Below, piece after piece: positions 1 through 13,249 of a stretch of 64,000 bases of DNA; position 1 is the first letter of the stretch, and each line of letters starts with the position of its first letter. The position numbers and the translations under genes are program-made. This DNA comes from Mobula hypostoma (taxonomy: Eukaryota). Below the pieces are notes generated by a model. That model saw only the letters and a program-made list of their open reading frames with translations. It searched no databases and had not been told where the DNA came from. The stretch lies in the NCBI RefSeq assembly GCF_963921235.1, contig NC_086097.1:106704001-106768000 (forward strand). Reading direction: 5' to 3'.

Positions 1-318
1 TAGATAACAACGTCTTTGAAATCAGGAACTTGCATAAACAGTAAGCCATGAACTCTCATCCAACAAACTTCCCAGCTCTTTACTTTACCCTCTCCTGGTT
101 TCACCCCTCACCTAACACCTTGTATTTCTTTCTCCCATCCCCCCTCCCCATCTTCTTTCTCTGACTTCTCTTCCTTTCCAGTACTGATGAATGGTCTTGG
201 CCCAAAATATCAACTGTTCACTCTTTTCCATAGATGCTGCCTGGTCCGCTGAGATCCTCCAGCATTTTGTGTGTATTGCTTTGGATTTCCAGCAACTCCA
301 GATTTTCTCATGTTTATG
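1..318 (+). mobile_element. Penelope-like element 3' end, degenerate hammerhead motif
   Basis: CTGATGA at 184 followed by family tail GATGCTGCCTGG...CCAGCATTTTGTGTGT shared with 6000-6392 and 23050-23398. Confidence 0.7.
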
Positions 319-533
319 ATAAACTCTCAAATAATAACTTAAGCAATTCTGAGAATAATACCTTAGTAAGAGTCAAAATTAATGCTCATAATTAACCTGA
401 ATTCAAAATATCAGGAAAGTAAACTTTTAATTTACTTGATGAATACCTAGGAATGTGTATTATTATTATTTGTAAAGATTGCTGGACAAGCTGTTAATGG
501 GAACTGTTGTTTGCTCTCATTTTTATTCTACAG

Positions 534-571
534 CCTGGAAACCAGTGTTGGCACTTAGCCTCCTACTTGTG
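534..571 (+). other. Candidate 38-nt internal exon of an unidentified host gene
   Basis: Polypyrimidine TTGCTCTCATTTTTATTCTACAG acceptor, GTG|GTATGT donor, open frame xWKPVLALSLLLV; non-repetitive context. Confidence 0.3.
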
Positions 572-1237
572 GTATGTTAATTTTATTAATCGGTAATTTA
601 GTGAGTGCTATTTAGCCCAAGTTTATGTCTATTTGCCAACTACTACGAAGTTCATTGTGGACTGGACTGCTAAAGTCTGTTAAATCACAGAGAAAGTGTG
701 CCAGTCATCAATCCTGTTATTGCCCATATAACAACCTGCTAAGAATATACAACTGTTTGGAATATAACACTCTACATATAGACACCATGCTCAACCTCAC
801 ATAATACTGAATATTCCCAAGGAAAAATGAACTCCTATACTTGACCTTGCAATTCTAGTTTTCTTGACATGAATTAAAATGATTTCAGTATCATAACAAA
901 TGGCAGGAGCAGCAAGAGAAGGAAAGAAATCTGGCCAAATGGAAGATACACTACAAGGTTGCGGCAAATAGTCAATTGGAAACAAGATGTTGGAAGAGCC
1001 TTTGATATAATGAGATTAGTTCCTTAAAATTGCATCTAGAAAAGAGTATGCGAAAATAGTAGTTAACCTGTCAATACCAGTATCTAAAGGTCTGTATAAC
1101 TGATCCAGAGATATACATTTAAATCCTACAATGACACCTGGGAAGTGAAACTGAAATATTTCAACAGTCCTAAAAAAAAAACCTGGCATTAGTAATGGTA
1201 GCCATGAAACTCCAGACTGATGTGAATGTCCAGAAGA

Positions 1238-2052
1238 TCGGCTGGTAGGTTGTTCCAAGGATCTTGGAGAACTTGCCATAGTTCTTCTGTAGACTTTGGC
1301 TGTCTTACTTGCTTCTGTCTCTACATGTATTCCCAGACAGCCTTAACGACGTTGAGATCAAGGCTCTGTGGAGGCCATACCTGCTGTTATAGAGCTTCTT
1401 CTTTTTCTTTTTGATGAAGATAGTTCTTTATGATTTTGGCCGTGTGTTAGGGGTTATTATCCTGCTTCAGAACGAAGTTAAAACCTATCAGATGCCTCCA
1501 CGATGGTACTGCAAGATGGATGAAAACCTGCTTGTACTTCTCAACATTGAGATTCCATTAATTCTGACCAGATCACCAACTACATTTGCAGATATGAAAA
1601 CCCAAACCTGTAGGGAACCTCCATCATGCTTCTCTGTTTGCTGGAGTGCTGTGCTCTCTAGCTCTTCTACGGACTGCGGCCTGTTTGAGCCAAAAAATTC
1701 AAATTTTGACTCATCTGTCCACAGCACTTGCTCCCAATGTCCAGTATGTTTTTGTATGTAGGTGAGTCTTTTGGCTTTGTTTCCACTTCAGAGGAATAGC
1801 TTTTTTAGCAGCTGTTCCATGAGAACCACTTCTGACAAGAGTTCTCCAGATTGTAGAGGGGTTCCAGTGGTTTCTGTGAGTTCAGCACTATAGCAGTGCT
1901 GGACTTCTACCAATTTAGAAGGGACGTCAGTTTGATGTATCTCTCGTCTGCTGCTCTTACTTTCCATGGCCAAACACAGCGTTTCTGGTCCTCAATCTTC
2001 ACTATTTCTTTCTGCTTCTTCAGAAAAGCTTAGACAGCACATCTTGAAACTT
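1238..2052 (-). mobile_element. Tc1-like transposase remnant
   Basis: LWTDESKFEFFGSNR and KHDGGSLQVW motifs in ORF 1488-1727. Confidence 0.88.
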
Positions 2053-2053
2053 A

Positions 2054-2825
2054 CACTGCCTATAAAAAGTATTCAACCCCCTTGGAAATTTTCATGTTTT
2101 ATTATTTTATAACATTGATTCACAGTAGATTTAATTTGGTTTTTTTGACACTGATCAACAGAAAAAGGCTCTTTCATGTCAAATTGAAAACAGATCTCGA
2201 CAAAGTGATCTAAATTAATCACAAATATGAAACACAAAATAATTGATTGCATAAGTATTCACTCCCTTCAAGTCAGTATTTAGTAGATGCATCTCTGTCA
2301 ACAATTACATCCTTGAGTCTGTGTAGGAAGGTCTCTATCAGCTTTGCACATCTGGACACTGCAATTTTTTTCCCATTCTCAGAACCATAGTACACTACAG
2401 CACAGAAAACAGGCCATTCAGCCTTTCTAGTCTGCGCCGAAACATTATTCCGCGAGTCCCATTGAACTGCATCCAATCCGTAACCCTCCAGACCTCTCCC
2501 ATCCATGTACATATCCAATTTATTCTTAAAACTTAAGACTGAGCGCACATTTACCACGTCAGATGGCAGCTCGTTCCACACTCCCATCACTCGCTGAGTG
2601 AAGAAAAAGTTCTTTACAAAACTGCTCAAGTTCTGTTACATTGCATGGAGATCGTGACTAAACAGACCTTTTCAAGTCCAGCCACCAATTCTTAACTGGA
2701 TTGAGGTCTGGACTCAGATTTGGCTACTCCAGGACATTAAATTTATTGTTTTAAGCCATTCCTGTGTAGCTTTGGACTTTATGCTTGGAGTCATTGTCTT
2801 GCTGGAAAACAAATCTATTCCCAAA
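2054..2825 (-). mobile_element. Tc1 element right end (same family as 7333-8820), interrupted by CR1 3' fragment 2377-2605
   Basis: Terminal CACTGCCTATAAAAAGTATTCAACCCC; long subterminal repeat matches 7333-7520; C-terminal transposase residues. Confidence 0.85.
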
Positions 2826-3840
2826 ATCAGATGGCAGCTCATTCCACACTCCAACCACTCTCTGAGTGAAGAAGTTCCCCCTAAACCTTTCACTCTAAAG
2901 CTATGTCCTCTCGTATTTATCTCTCCTAATCTAAACGGAAAGAGCCTATTCACATTTACTCAGTCTATACCCCTCATAATTTTGTAAACCTCTATCAAAT
3001 CTCCCCTCATTCTTCTACACTCCAAGGAATAAAGTCCAAACCTGTTCAATCTTTCCCTGCAACTCAACTCCTGAAGACCCGGCAACATCCTAGTAAATCT
3101 TCTCTGTACTCTTTCAATCTTACTGATATCCTTCCTACAGTTAGGTGACCGGAACTGTAGACAATACTCCAAAGTTGGCCTCACCAATGTCTTATACAAC
3201 CTCCCCATAACATCCCAACTCCTATACTCAATACTTTGATTTATGAATGCCAGGATGTCAAAAGCCTTTTTTACAACCCAGTCTACCTGTGACGCCACTT
3301 TCAGGGAATTACGTATCTGAACTCCCAGATCTCTGTTCCTCCGCACTCCTCAGTGCCCTACCATTTACTGTGTATGTCCTACCTTGATTTGTCCTTCCAA
3401 AATGCAACACCTCACACTTGCCTGCATTAAATTCCATCTGCCAGTTTCTGGCCCATTTTTCCAGTTGGTCCAGATCCCTCTGCAAGCTTTGAAAGCCTTC
3501 CTCGCTGTCCACAACGTCTCTAATCTTAGTGTCATCAGCAAACATGTTGATCCAATTTACCACATTATTATCTAGCTCATTGATGTAGACACAAAACAAC
3601 AATGGTCCCAGCACAGATACTTGAGGCACACCACTAGTCACTCGCCTCCAGTCTGACAAGTCCACTACCACTCTCTGTCTTCTCCCACACAGCCAATTTC
3701 GAATCCAGTTTACAACCTCTCCATGGATACCTAGTGTCTGAACCTTCTGAATTAACCTCCCATGTGGGACCTTGTCAAAGGCCTTACTGAAGTCCATGTA
3801 AACAACACCCACAACCTTTCCTTCGTCTACTTTCTTGGTA
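2826..3840 (-). mobile_element. CR1 LINE ORF2 RT fragment
   Basis: [32 protein letters not shown] motifs. Confidence 0.95.
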
Positions 3841-3929
3841 ATTTATATCTTTGTTTAGTCATGTACTGGGCTGTATACCTGCAAAGTAATCACATTTTTA
3901 TTTGAAAGGTGCTCTATTGCTTAATATAA

Positions 3930-4145
3930 ACAAGAGAAAATCAGCAGATACTGGAAATCCAAGCAACACACTCAAAATGCTGGAGGAACTCAGCAGGCCA
4001 GGCAGCTTCTATGGAAAAGAGGGAACAGCTGATGTTCCGGACTGAGATCCTTCATCAGGAATCAACCAGAAACGTTGACTGTTTACTCTTTTCCATTCAT
4101 GCTGCCTGGCTTACTGAGTTCCTCCAGCACTTTTTTGTGTTGCTA
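3930..4145. mobile_element. Inverted pair of Penelope-like 3' ends
   Basis: TGCTGGAGGAACTCAGCAGGCCAGGCAGC and its reverse complement GCTGCCTGGCTTACTGAGTTCCTCCAGCA flank a degenerate hammerhead motif. Confidence 0.75.
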
Positions 4146-4497
4146 TTACTTAATATATTACTTTCTTTAAAGAAATACAAAAATTTCTCTGTAACATTTT
4201 ATTGATTTTGGAAAATGAATGTTTGGAAATCTAAAATTTATTCTTTTCTACTGACACACTAATGCAGAAGACAAAAAATAAACATCCAAGACAACATTTA
4301 TAAAAAATATACAATCGTAGAATTTTGCATAGCACTGTATGGGAATACGCAAAACTCTGCATTCATAATTGCGCATTGCCCTGACAATCAAATCTTCTGA
4401 ACAAATGAAAAACTGGTATCAGCTATTTTCCAAAGAAATCACTAAATGATGAACAACTTCATCAAAATTATGAGCAAATAGTACAATTCCACTTGTA

Positions 4498-5237
4498 CAC
4501 TCAGTGGCCACTTTATTAGGTACATTAGGTTGATTAATACAAATATCTAACCAGTCAATCATGTGGCAGCAACAACCCATAAAGGCATGCAGACACGGTC
4601 AAGAGGTATAGTTGTTGCTTGGACCTAAGATAGCCATAGAAAAGTACAGCCCAGAAACAGAAACAGGCCCATCTAGTCCATGCCTAGTTACATCAACCTG
4701 TACCCAGACCTTAGGCCTCAATACCCCTCCTGTCTATGTACCTATCCAAACTTCTCTGAAACATTGAAATCGAGCTTGCATGCTTCACTTGCGATGGCAG
4801 CTCGTTCCACACTCTCATGACCACATCACATCTGACTGCAGAAGAAATGTGATCTAAGTGAGTGTGACTGGAATGATTGTTGTTGTAGATGGGTGGTTTG
4901 TGCATCTCAGTAACTGCTGATCTCCTGGGATTTTCAAGGACAATAGTTTCTGGAGTTTACAGAGAATAGTGCAAAAAAACCCAAAAAGTAAACATCCAGT
5001 GAGCAGTAGTTTTGTGGGCAAAAATACCTTGTTAATGAGAGGTCAGAGGAGAATGGCCAGACTGGTTCAAGTTGACAGAAACTCAAATGACCACAGCGGT
5101 CATTAGCACAGCAGTGTGCAGAAGAGAATATCTGAACGCACAATACGTCGAACCTTGAAGCAGCACAAGATCATGGATATGCACACAGTGGCCATTTTAT
5201 TGGGTACCTCCTATACCAATAAAGTGACCACTGAATG
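4498..5237. mobile_element. Tc1-derived non-autonomous element (contains CR1 3' fragment ~4635-4822)
   Basis: TIRs CACTCAGTGGCCACTTTATTAGG / AATAAAGTGACCACTGAATG flanked by TA; same family as 18888-19451. Confidence 0.85.
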
Positions 5238-5959
5238 TATACTAAATTATCGAAAGCACCCGTACTATACAATGTGCTACAAACAAACCTGAAGCAACTT
5301 ATTCTCTCAATAGCTAGTTGACGAGCAAAATCAATGTAGTACTGCACAGGTTCTTGGAGAACAACTTTCAATTTGTTCACAAATGTCATCAAAATTCAAG
5401 TTGTAAAATGAGGTAAAGAGGTGTGGAAAAATGGTTTCTTGAAGACCAAGCCTGGCTTCATTAGCCATGGCTCTGGAAACTCCCACATCGGTGGCTGGTA
5501 TGGTGGTGCAACAGATCGTGCAGTTACCGCCTAGCTCCAGCTCACTGGAATTCATCCTGATTTTGGTTCTGTCTGCATATTCACCCTGTGGATTTCATCC
5601 TGGTCCTCTAGTCTCTTCCCATCTCCCAAAGACACAAACACAGAACATACAAAGGTACAGCACAGTAACACAGTGTCTGTGCCAAACATGATGATGATTT
5701 AAATTAATCTGATATACCTGTAGATAATCCATACCCCTCCATTCCTGTATATTCATGTGCCAGTCTAAAAGCTTCTTAAACACCATTATCATGTCTGTTT
5801 TCATCACTACCCGTGGCAACGTGTCCCAGACACCAACCGCTCTCTACATAAAACAAAATTGTTCTACATAGTGCCTTTACACTTCCACCTCTCACTTTAA
5901 ATATACTGTCTATCCTCTAGTATTTGACATTCCCACCTAATAGCAAGAACGTTCATTTC

Positions 5960-6392
5960 GATAACTTCCAGTAATTTCTTCCTCACTCGCTTTTTTCCAC
6001 TCTCCTTTTCTGTTTTTTCATTCCCCATTCTGGTTACCCTCTCAAACTTTCTTTTCCTCTTCCTCCGTCCTCATGACCTATCCATCACCTCCTTCTGGGC
6101 TCCCTCCTCCTTCCCTTTCTTCCTTGGTGCACTTTGCTCTGCCATTAGATTCCTTCTTCTTCAGCCATTTACCTCTTCCATCTATCACCTCCCAGCTTCT
6201 TACATCCTCCCACACCACCCCCCCCTTCACCTGGTCTCATCAATCACCTGCCAGCTTCTTACAGTCCTGATGAAGGGTCTTGGTCTGAAACACCAACTCT
6301 TTATTTCCCTCCGTAGATGTGTCCTGACCTGCTGTGTTCTTCTGCATTTTGATTGTGTTGCTCTGGATTCCCAGCACCTGCAGTCTCCCTTG
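5960..6392 (+). mobile_element. Penelope-like element 3' end
   Basis: Pyrimidine-rich tract, ACAGTCCTGATGAAGGG...GAAAC at 6261-6291, family tail. Confidence 0.75.
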
Positions 6393-7332
6393 TAAATTCT
6401 ACGTGCTGCCTGGAGTTTGGTCATTTGCTTTTCCATATGCATTTTATCTAAGTTGTACAAGAATTCTGACGATCATAAACGTCCATATGTTACACACTGA
6501 AAGTGTCCTACATTTAAATTAGACATTTATAAAATACTTGGGCACCTTTATGGTTCTGTTTGCATTCATGTATCTGTCATTTCTACTTCTATGAGAAGTC
6601 ACTAGTCCTATTAATTGCCTTCTTCTTTCCCATTTCATAGAACCGAGGTTTACTGCGTCAGAGTGGTAAACCTGCCTTTTCTCCCTCTAATATCCCATTC
6701 TTAATCAATTTTGCTCAGTTAACTGCTGCTTAAATGGGCTTGTAATTGTACTTCACAACTGATTATCAGGATTATTGATTCTGCCACTTTATTGGTTGTC
6801 TTGTCAAGTGAGCATTGAAGCACATATTTTAATGCACTAATTGAAATGTGTTAAGTAACTTTTTATATAACCCTTGAAATCCCACAATAACACTCCATAG
6901 CACAATAAAGCAATTTCCTGCCTTACAGTTTATACAATCTGCTTAAAGAAACACTGAAGTAATTTTTCCATTTTGTTGCATTGAATTAACAAGTGTGTGT
7001 AATCAATTGAAAAAGGGCGGAGATTCTTTACACTGATTTCCATCTACTTAGCATCTCAAACATTTTCTCAGTTGCTTATGCAAACACGATAGAAAGCTTG
7101 TCAGTTTAAAATAACTACATTGAAATTAAGCTTCTGTGAAATAACTTGTGTAAAATAGCTGTACTGAGGTCTTCATAAAGCTTTATACAGCAGCTTTATA
7201 AAGTACATTTGAGGAGAGTAGTGAGATTTGCGAAAAACATATTATAACTACTTCATTTTGCCTTTTGATTATTTCCTGATCCACTATTGGCTGTAAGAAG
7301 GCTTCAAGAAGAGTCTTACAGCTGTTATATAT

Positions 7333-8820
7333 AGTGCCTATATAAATGTATTTACCCCCCCGCCACCCCAGGAAGTTTTCATGTTTTACTGTTTTACAAC
7401 ATTGAATCAGTGGACTTAATTTTGCTTTTTTGACACTGATCAACAGATCTCTAATAAGTGATCTAAATTAATTACAAATATAAAACTTAAAATAATTGAT
7501 TGCATAAGTCTTCATTCCCCCCCCCTTAATATGATACATCAGATCATCACTAGTGCAACCAATTGGTTTTACAAGTCACATAATTAATTACATGGAATGG
7601 AAATCTGTTTTTGTAGATCTGTGTGCAGTCAAGGTGTTTTAATTGATTGTAGTAAAAATAAAGCTGTACCTGGAAGGTCTTGGCAAAAACTACACCATGA
7701 AGGCAAAACAATACTCCAAGCAACTCTGCAAAAAAGGCTATTGAAAATCACAAGTCAGGATTTGGATACAAGAAAATTTCCAATTAACTGAATATCCCTT
7801 GGAGTACTGTTAAGTCAATCATCAAGAAATGAAAAGAACATGGCATAGCTGTAAATCTATCTACAGCAGTCCATCCTCAAAAACTGAGGGAGGCCACCAA
7901 GAAACCTATGATAACTTTGGAGGAGTTACAAGCTTCAGTGGCTGAGATGGCAGAGACTGTGCAAACAATAACTGTTGCCCAGGTGCTTCACTAGTTGCAC
8001 CTTTATAGGAGTGCAGCAAAGAGAAAGCCACTGTTGAGAAAAACTCACATGAAATCTCTTCTAGAGTTTGCCAGAAGGCATGTGAGAGACTCTGAAGTCA
8101 GTTGGAAGAAGGTTCTATGGTCTGATGAAACCAAAATTGAGCTTTTTGGCCATCAGACTAAGTGCTATGTTTGGCATAAGCCAAACACATCATCAGAAAC
8201 ACACCATCCCTACCATGAAGCATGGTGGTGGCTGCATCATGCTGTGGGGATGCTTCATTGCAGCAGGCCTTGAAGGCTTGTGAAGGTAGAGGGTAAAATT
8301 AATGAAGTAAAATTCGGGGAAATCCTGAAGGAAAACCTGATGCAGTCTACAAGAGAAGATTTTTTTTCCAGCAAGACAATGATCCCAAGCATAAGGCCAA
8401 AACTACACAGGAATAGCTTACGAATAACAAAGTCAATTTCCTGGAGTGGCCAAGTCAGAGTCCAGACGTCAATACAACATTTGAACATTTGTGGCTGGAC
8501 TTGAAAAGTGTTTCACTCACAATCCCTATGCAATCTGACAAAGCTTAAAATTGCAGTGTCCATATGTGCAAACCTTATAGAGACTTATCCACAGACTCAA
8601 GGTTGTAATTGCTGCCAAAGGTGCATCTACAAAATACTAACTTGAAGGAAGTGAATGCTTGTGCAATCAATTATTTTGTGTTTAATATTTGAAATTAGTT
8701 TAGATCACTTTGTAGAGATCTGTTTTCTCTCTGACACGAAAGAGTCGTATTCTGTTGATCAGTGTCAAAAAAGCCAAATTAAATCCACTGCGGTTCAATG
8801 TTGAAAAACAATATAAAAGA
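7333..8820 (+). mobile_element. Tc1 transposon, decayed, long inverted repeats
   Basis: KRKPLL...[21 protein letters not shown] motif in shifted frame; inverted repeats ~7380-7520 versus ~8640-8820. Confidence 0.92.
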
Positions 8821-10119
8821 TAGGAAGGATAAAAGATGGCATCCTTGGCAGGTTTGTTTACAAGAGAGTCAAGCTACATTTCATCTTCTACATAATTCAC
8901 AGGCAGAGGTACTTTCACAGCATGTCCATATAACCGATTCACAACTTCTGAGCACCATATGGTGCAATGGCATTGAACTGCAGGAGTTGGGTTTATTGTC
9001 ACTTATATTCTTAAGCTTTTCTTCCAGAATTACTTGAATTTTGTCATACAGTCAGAAAGCCCTTAAGTGTTTTCAATTGTTTTCTCTCTCCAACCGCTCA
9101 TTATGCATCTCCTTCTACCTCAACAGGCTGAAAGAGTGGTTTCTTTTAAGTAGAATATGGAAGTTAATGTGCTATTTGACCGATCCTGCATGGGATAAGA
9201 GCTGCTCAATTAGTCCATCTCCCATTACTGAAATTGGACAGTCCCCAAAATTGGATTTTAATGAAAGTCTTTGATAATGCAGACAGGAGACAGTATATCG
9301 TGCTGCTTGCTCATTTGAATTACTTCTGCATCTAGCCAAATGTACAGTCATCGGTAAGACAATTCTCCAAGTGATTAATATTGTAAATAGCTACCCTACC
9401 TAAGCCTCATCAAAACTTCTCGTGGTTATGTAGGGAATGAATCTGATCTAGGAAATAGTGAGGAATGGTTCAGCCTTGAAAAGAATAGGATCCAAGATTA
9501 TTGGATGCTACACCACAGGCTTTAATGATGGAGGTACTTAGTGGGCAAATTAATTCATGGTTAGTAGAAGGCCCTCAGCACAAAAAGGACATTGAACATG
9601 AGCTGAAATTAAATTATTTTCACTACTGTCAGTCATGCAAGTTCCAGATGGAGATTCAGGAATATCATTGCACTCAGGTGTAGAAGGATTCTTCATTGCT
9701 GTTTCTGTACAATTTTGTTTGACCAGTCATGGTTCTGAACCCTGAACTGAACCCCAAACCTGGAGGACCGGTGCACCACTCTTAGTCTAGCCTCTACCCT
9801 TTGACCTGTTTGTCATGAATGACTCTACCAAAACCCAAAGCATAAAGCCCTGACTCCAGCCAACATAGCTCTTTGGGTCATTGAGGCACGCAGGCCTGCA
9901 AACCTCTTGTGGTCATCTTGGGGGATAACCTGACTGGACTGGGTGATGTGCAACATAGCTCTTTGGGTGTGAGCCTTGTAGCTGTGTTCAGTAGGTAATA
10001 GAGTAAATGGATCAGTACAGATAGTGAGTGTTGACGGGTCACTAATAAGCTGTTGCAAAGTGAGCAGAAATTGATGTTAATGATGCAGTGTAAGGATCAC
10101 AATTCTCCACAAAGACAGG

Positions 10120-10880
10120 ACAGTTCAGTCTTTTACAGGTAGAGGAGGTGAAGTATGCTTTATGATTAACTCATCACTGTGCACAGATATGGCAATTCTG
10201 TCTCAGTCCTGCTCACCCGACCTGAAACATCCTGCAGTCAAATGTAGCCCATTTTATCTGTTGAGGGAGTTTTCTGCCACCATCCACATTAGACAAGCAC
10301 TGAAGGAGCTGAGTAACATAATCAGCAAGTACAAAACAGAACACCCTGATATTTTCCCAAGGATGCCTCGAGTCAGTGGACTGGACTGTATTCAGGAATT
10401 CATCTTTGGATCTGAATAACCATGCCACAATTGTCTTCAACTTCATCAAGACTTGTGTAGATGTGTGTGTACCTTCAAGAGCATATCAGACTTGCCAAAA
10501 ACAAAAGCCATGGATGAACCAGTAGATTCAAAGTCTGCTGAGGGCTGCAGCATTCAAGACGGATGATCCAGAACTATATAGGAAGTCCACGTACAATCTA
10601 CAGAAGGCTATTTTACAGGAAGAGTAAACCTCAATTGCGATTGAAGTTAGAGACAGAATCAGATGCACATCAGTTCTGGCAGGGTTCACAGGCCATTACT
10701 TCCTACAAAGCGAAACCCAAAGCCACGAATGGCTATGATGCTTCAATCCCACATTAGCTCAGCGCTTTTTATGCATGCTTGGAAAAGGAAAATAAAACTA
10801 CACCTGTGCAAATCCCTGCAGCATCTGGTGACACTTTGATCTCTGTCTTGGAGGCTGATGTCAGACCATCTTTCAAGCCG
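10120..10880 (+). mobile_element. Rex1/Babar LINE fragment (endonuclease and linker region)
   Basis: CSPDLKH..VKCSPFYLLREFSA, KPWMN, WQG.QAITSYKAKP motifs. Confidence 0.75.
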
Positions 10881-12115
10881 TCCAGTATTGCCTTCTCCAA
10901 AAGATTATTAATTTTCCTGAAGTGCCACTCTAGATGTGTGTATGCAGGAGAAACCAATTGTCCTATCTCAGAAGGGCAGCATTTGTACTTCTATCACTGC
11001 CCCCTGCTAGTGACCTTGTATTGACTGTCAGTCAGGCTGCAGTCCACAGAAAGCTTTCTAGACCCAGAGACGCTCAACGTCAATCTTCACAGTCACTTGT
11101 GGTCTTCTCCAGTAAAAGACAGCAACCTTCCACAAGCCGTGGTCTGTAACAATCACTGGGATATCATCTTGTACAAGCAAAAGTATTAGAAAAACAGATA
11201 CTAAAAGCTTGTGCAAGATCAGTTTACTTTTGCATGCAATGTGTCATGCTTTCAATTTTAAAAATTGATTTGGAATTTTTTAACCTTGCGAGTTTTAAAA
11301 TTTTTTACCTCAGGCTGAAGAAAGTTATAGATACTTAGCCACTTGGTGGTGAAAAATGAGTTGCATTTATTAGAATTACCCTTAAATGAGTTCTTCTTGG
11401 ATAGTGCAGAGTCTGTTGAGTATTCTCCTTCCTTTTCTTTGCTCTTCCTCCTGATCCTCACTTGATGACTTAGTCAGCCCACTCATGAACATCAGTCCTG
11501 TGCCACATGCAGCAGAACACCATGAGTCTTGACACATAGTTTTAAACTCTAGGCAAAGCAAGCAATTTCTAGACACAATTTTGATCACATTTCATGTGGC
11601 AGCATGGCTTTCATTGTAAGCATGGTGCACAAGCATTTCTGGATTGTAATCATACTGCAGCTGCCTCAAAGTCACTCTTTGGTGTGCAATGAAGACTCAG
11701 CAGCAGTGAAGTACTACAAAATGATGTGACCATGGCTGTTGGCAGTATCATGGGTGTTGACTTGTATGATTTGCTACCTATAGTCAAACACAGGGGCTGT
11801 GATCTCCTTTCATTCTGATGGAGAGCAGATGTGTAATGCAGTGATCAAAAAACAACATTTATAAGTATACCAGACTATGCAGCTGGCAACAATCATTATG
11901 AAACCAAAGGTTTATAACACCAACTTCCTCTCGCAAGGAGATATAAAATATACTTGGCTCTTATCTGTATAATATCTGTTCCTGAACCTGGTGATGTTGG
12001 ACGTAAGGCTCCTGTACCTCCTTCCCGAAGGCGGCAGCGCGAAGAGAACATGGCCTGAATGGTGAGAGTCCTTGATGATGGATGCTGCTTTCTTGTGGCA
12101 CTGCTTCTTGTATGA

Positions 12116-12260
12116 GGAGGGCTTTTCCTATGATATACTGAGTGGGAGGGCTTTTCCTGTGAGGAACTGAGCAGGGAGCGCTTTTCCTGTGAGGGACTGA
12201 ACGGGGAGGGGTTTTCCTGTGAGGGACTGAATGGGGAGGGCTTTTCCTGTGATGGACTAA
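12116..12260. repeat. ~30-bp minisatellite, 5 copies
   Basis: GGGAGGGCTTTTCCTGTGAGGGACTGAAyg repeated. Confidence 0.9.
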
Positions 12261-12372
12261 GCTACATTCATCACTTTCTACAGGAACTCTGCAGATGCTG
12301 GAAACTCAAGCAACACACATCAACGTTGCTGGTGAACGCAGCAGGCCAGGCAGCATCTCTAGGAAGAGGTAC

Positions 12373-12408
12373 AGTCGACGTTTCAGGCCGAGACCCTTCG
12401 TCAGGACT
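12373..12408 (-). ncRNA. Minimal type I hammerhead ribozyme motif in Penelope end (12281-12408)
   Basis: AGUC-CUGACGA-AGGGUCUCGGCCU-GAAAC-GUC-GACU: stem I, conserved core, stem II, GUC cleavage triplet, no stem III loop. Confidence 0.8.
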
Positions 12409-13249
12409 AAGAGCATTAGCATTTCCATACCACGTTGTGATGCAACCAGTCAGGAACTCCACAGTGCATCTACAGAAGTCTGTCAAAGTTTTAGATGACA
12501 TGCCAAATCTGCACAAACATCTAAGAAATTAGAGGCACCTCCATGCCTTCTTTGAAATGGCACTTACGTGCTGGTCTTCTGTGAACTGATAACATCACGG
12601 AAAACAACGTGGTTCTTAAACTGCTCTGAGGTTGTCGCTGCAGATTGTATCAAGGACTTGCAGAATGCAATTGTTTCACACATTGCTCCTTACTGGATTG
12701 GGTCTCTATTTCTGAGGATATGGCCTCCTCTTCAGACCCTCCTCCTTTTTAGACTATTACACTAACTTGCCCTACCTAGTCTGTGTAAACTCTGCTCTTT
12801 ATTTGACCTAATGCATTTATGTCTGACAGCCAGTAGTTAATGCAGGAAAAGTGATTCATTACTTGCCACACCACAACCTATCGAAATTTTCAGCCTGAAA
12901 CAAATAAATGAATACCAAATACTTATAAAGCAACAGCCAAAATTACATGTAATGGAATATCTTGACATTTTTAAGTGTCATAAATGTAAGTATCTCTTTG
13001 TTATATTTCACTTTATCAGATACTAGCTGAAAATCCATACACATAGTGACCACACCATCTTTGTTAAGGTCAGTATTTTACCAAAAAATTCAGAATTAAA
13101 TTGGTCAAACTCAATTTGTCTTTTACCGATCTTACTAGAATTTCCATAAGCAAATTTTAATTTTATCTCTAAAAAACTCTCTTTGCAACACTAAGCTGAT
13201 TCCTGCAATTATTGGATTTATTCTTCCTTCCTTTTTATCTTCAGAGATA

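Larger units (their letters stand above)
11970..12580 (-). mobile_element. Rex1/Babar LINE 3' fragment
   Basis: FGMSSKTLTDFCRCTVE..LTGCITTWYGN; LLPSGRRYRS-like sequence near 12010-12035. Confidence 0.85.
11382..12745 (-). pseudogene. Fossil PIF/Harbinger (HARBI1-like) transposase, split by Rex1 and Penelope insertions (~11970-12600)
   Basis: Collinear motifs on minus: RRPYPQ, SKEQCVKQLH, QPQS (12620-12745); VFDYR*QIIQVN...NSHGHIIL; HAYNESHAAT*NVI; VSRLMVFCCMWH; acidic tail and EELI*. Confidence 0.7.

Noticed and set aside
12116..12260. CRISPR-like array
   Set aside because: Contiguous tandem units with no unique spacers; eukaryotic LINE context; no cas genes
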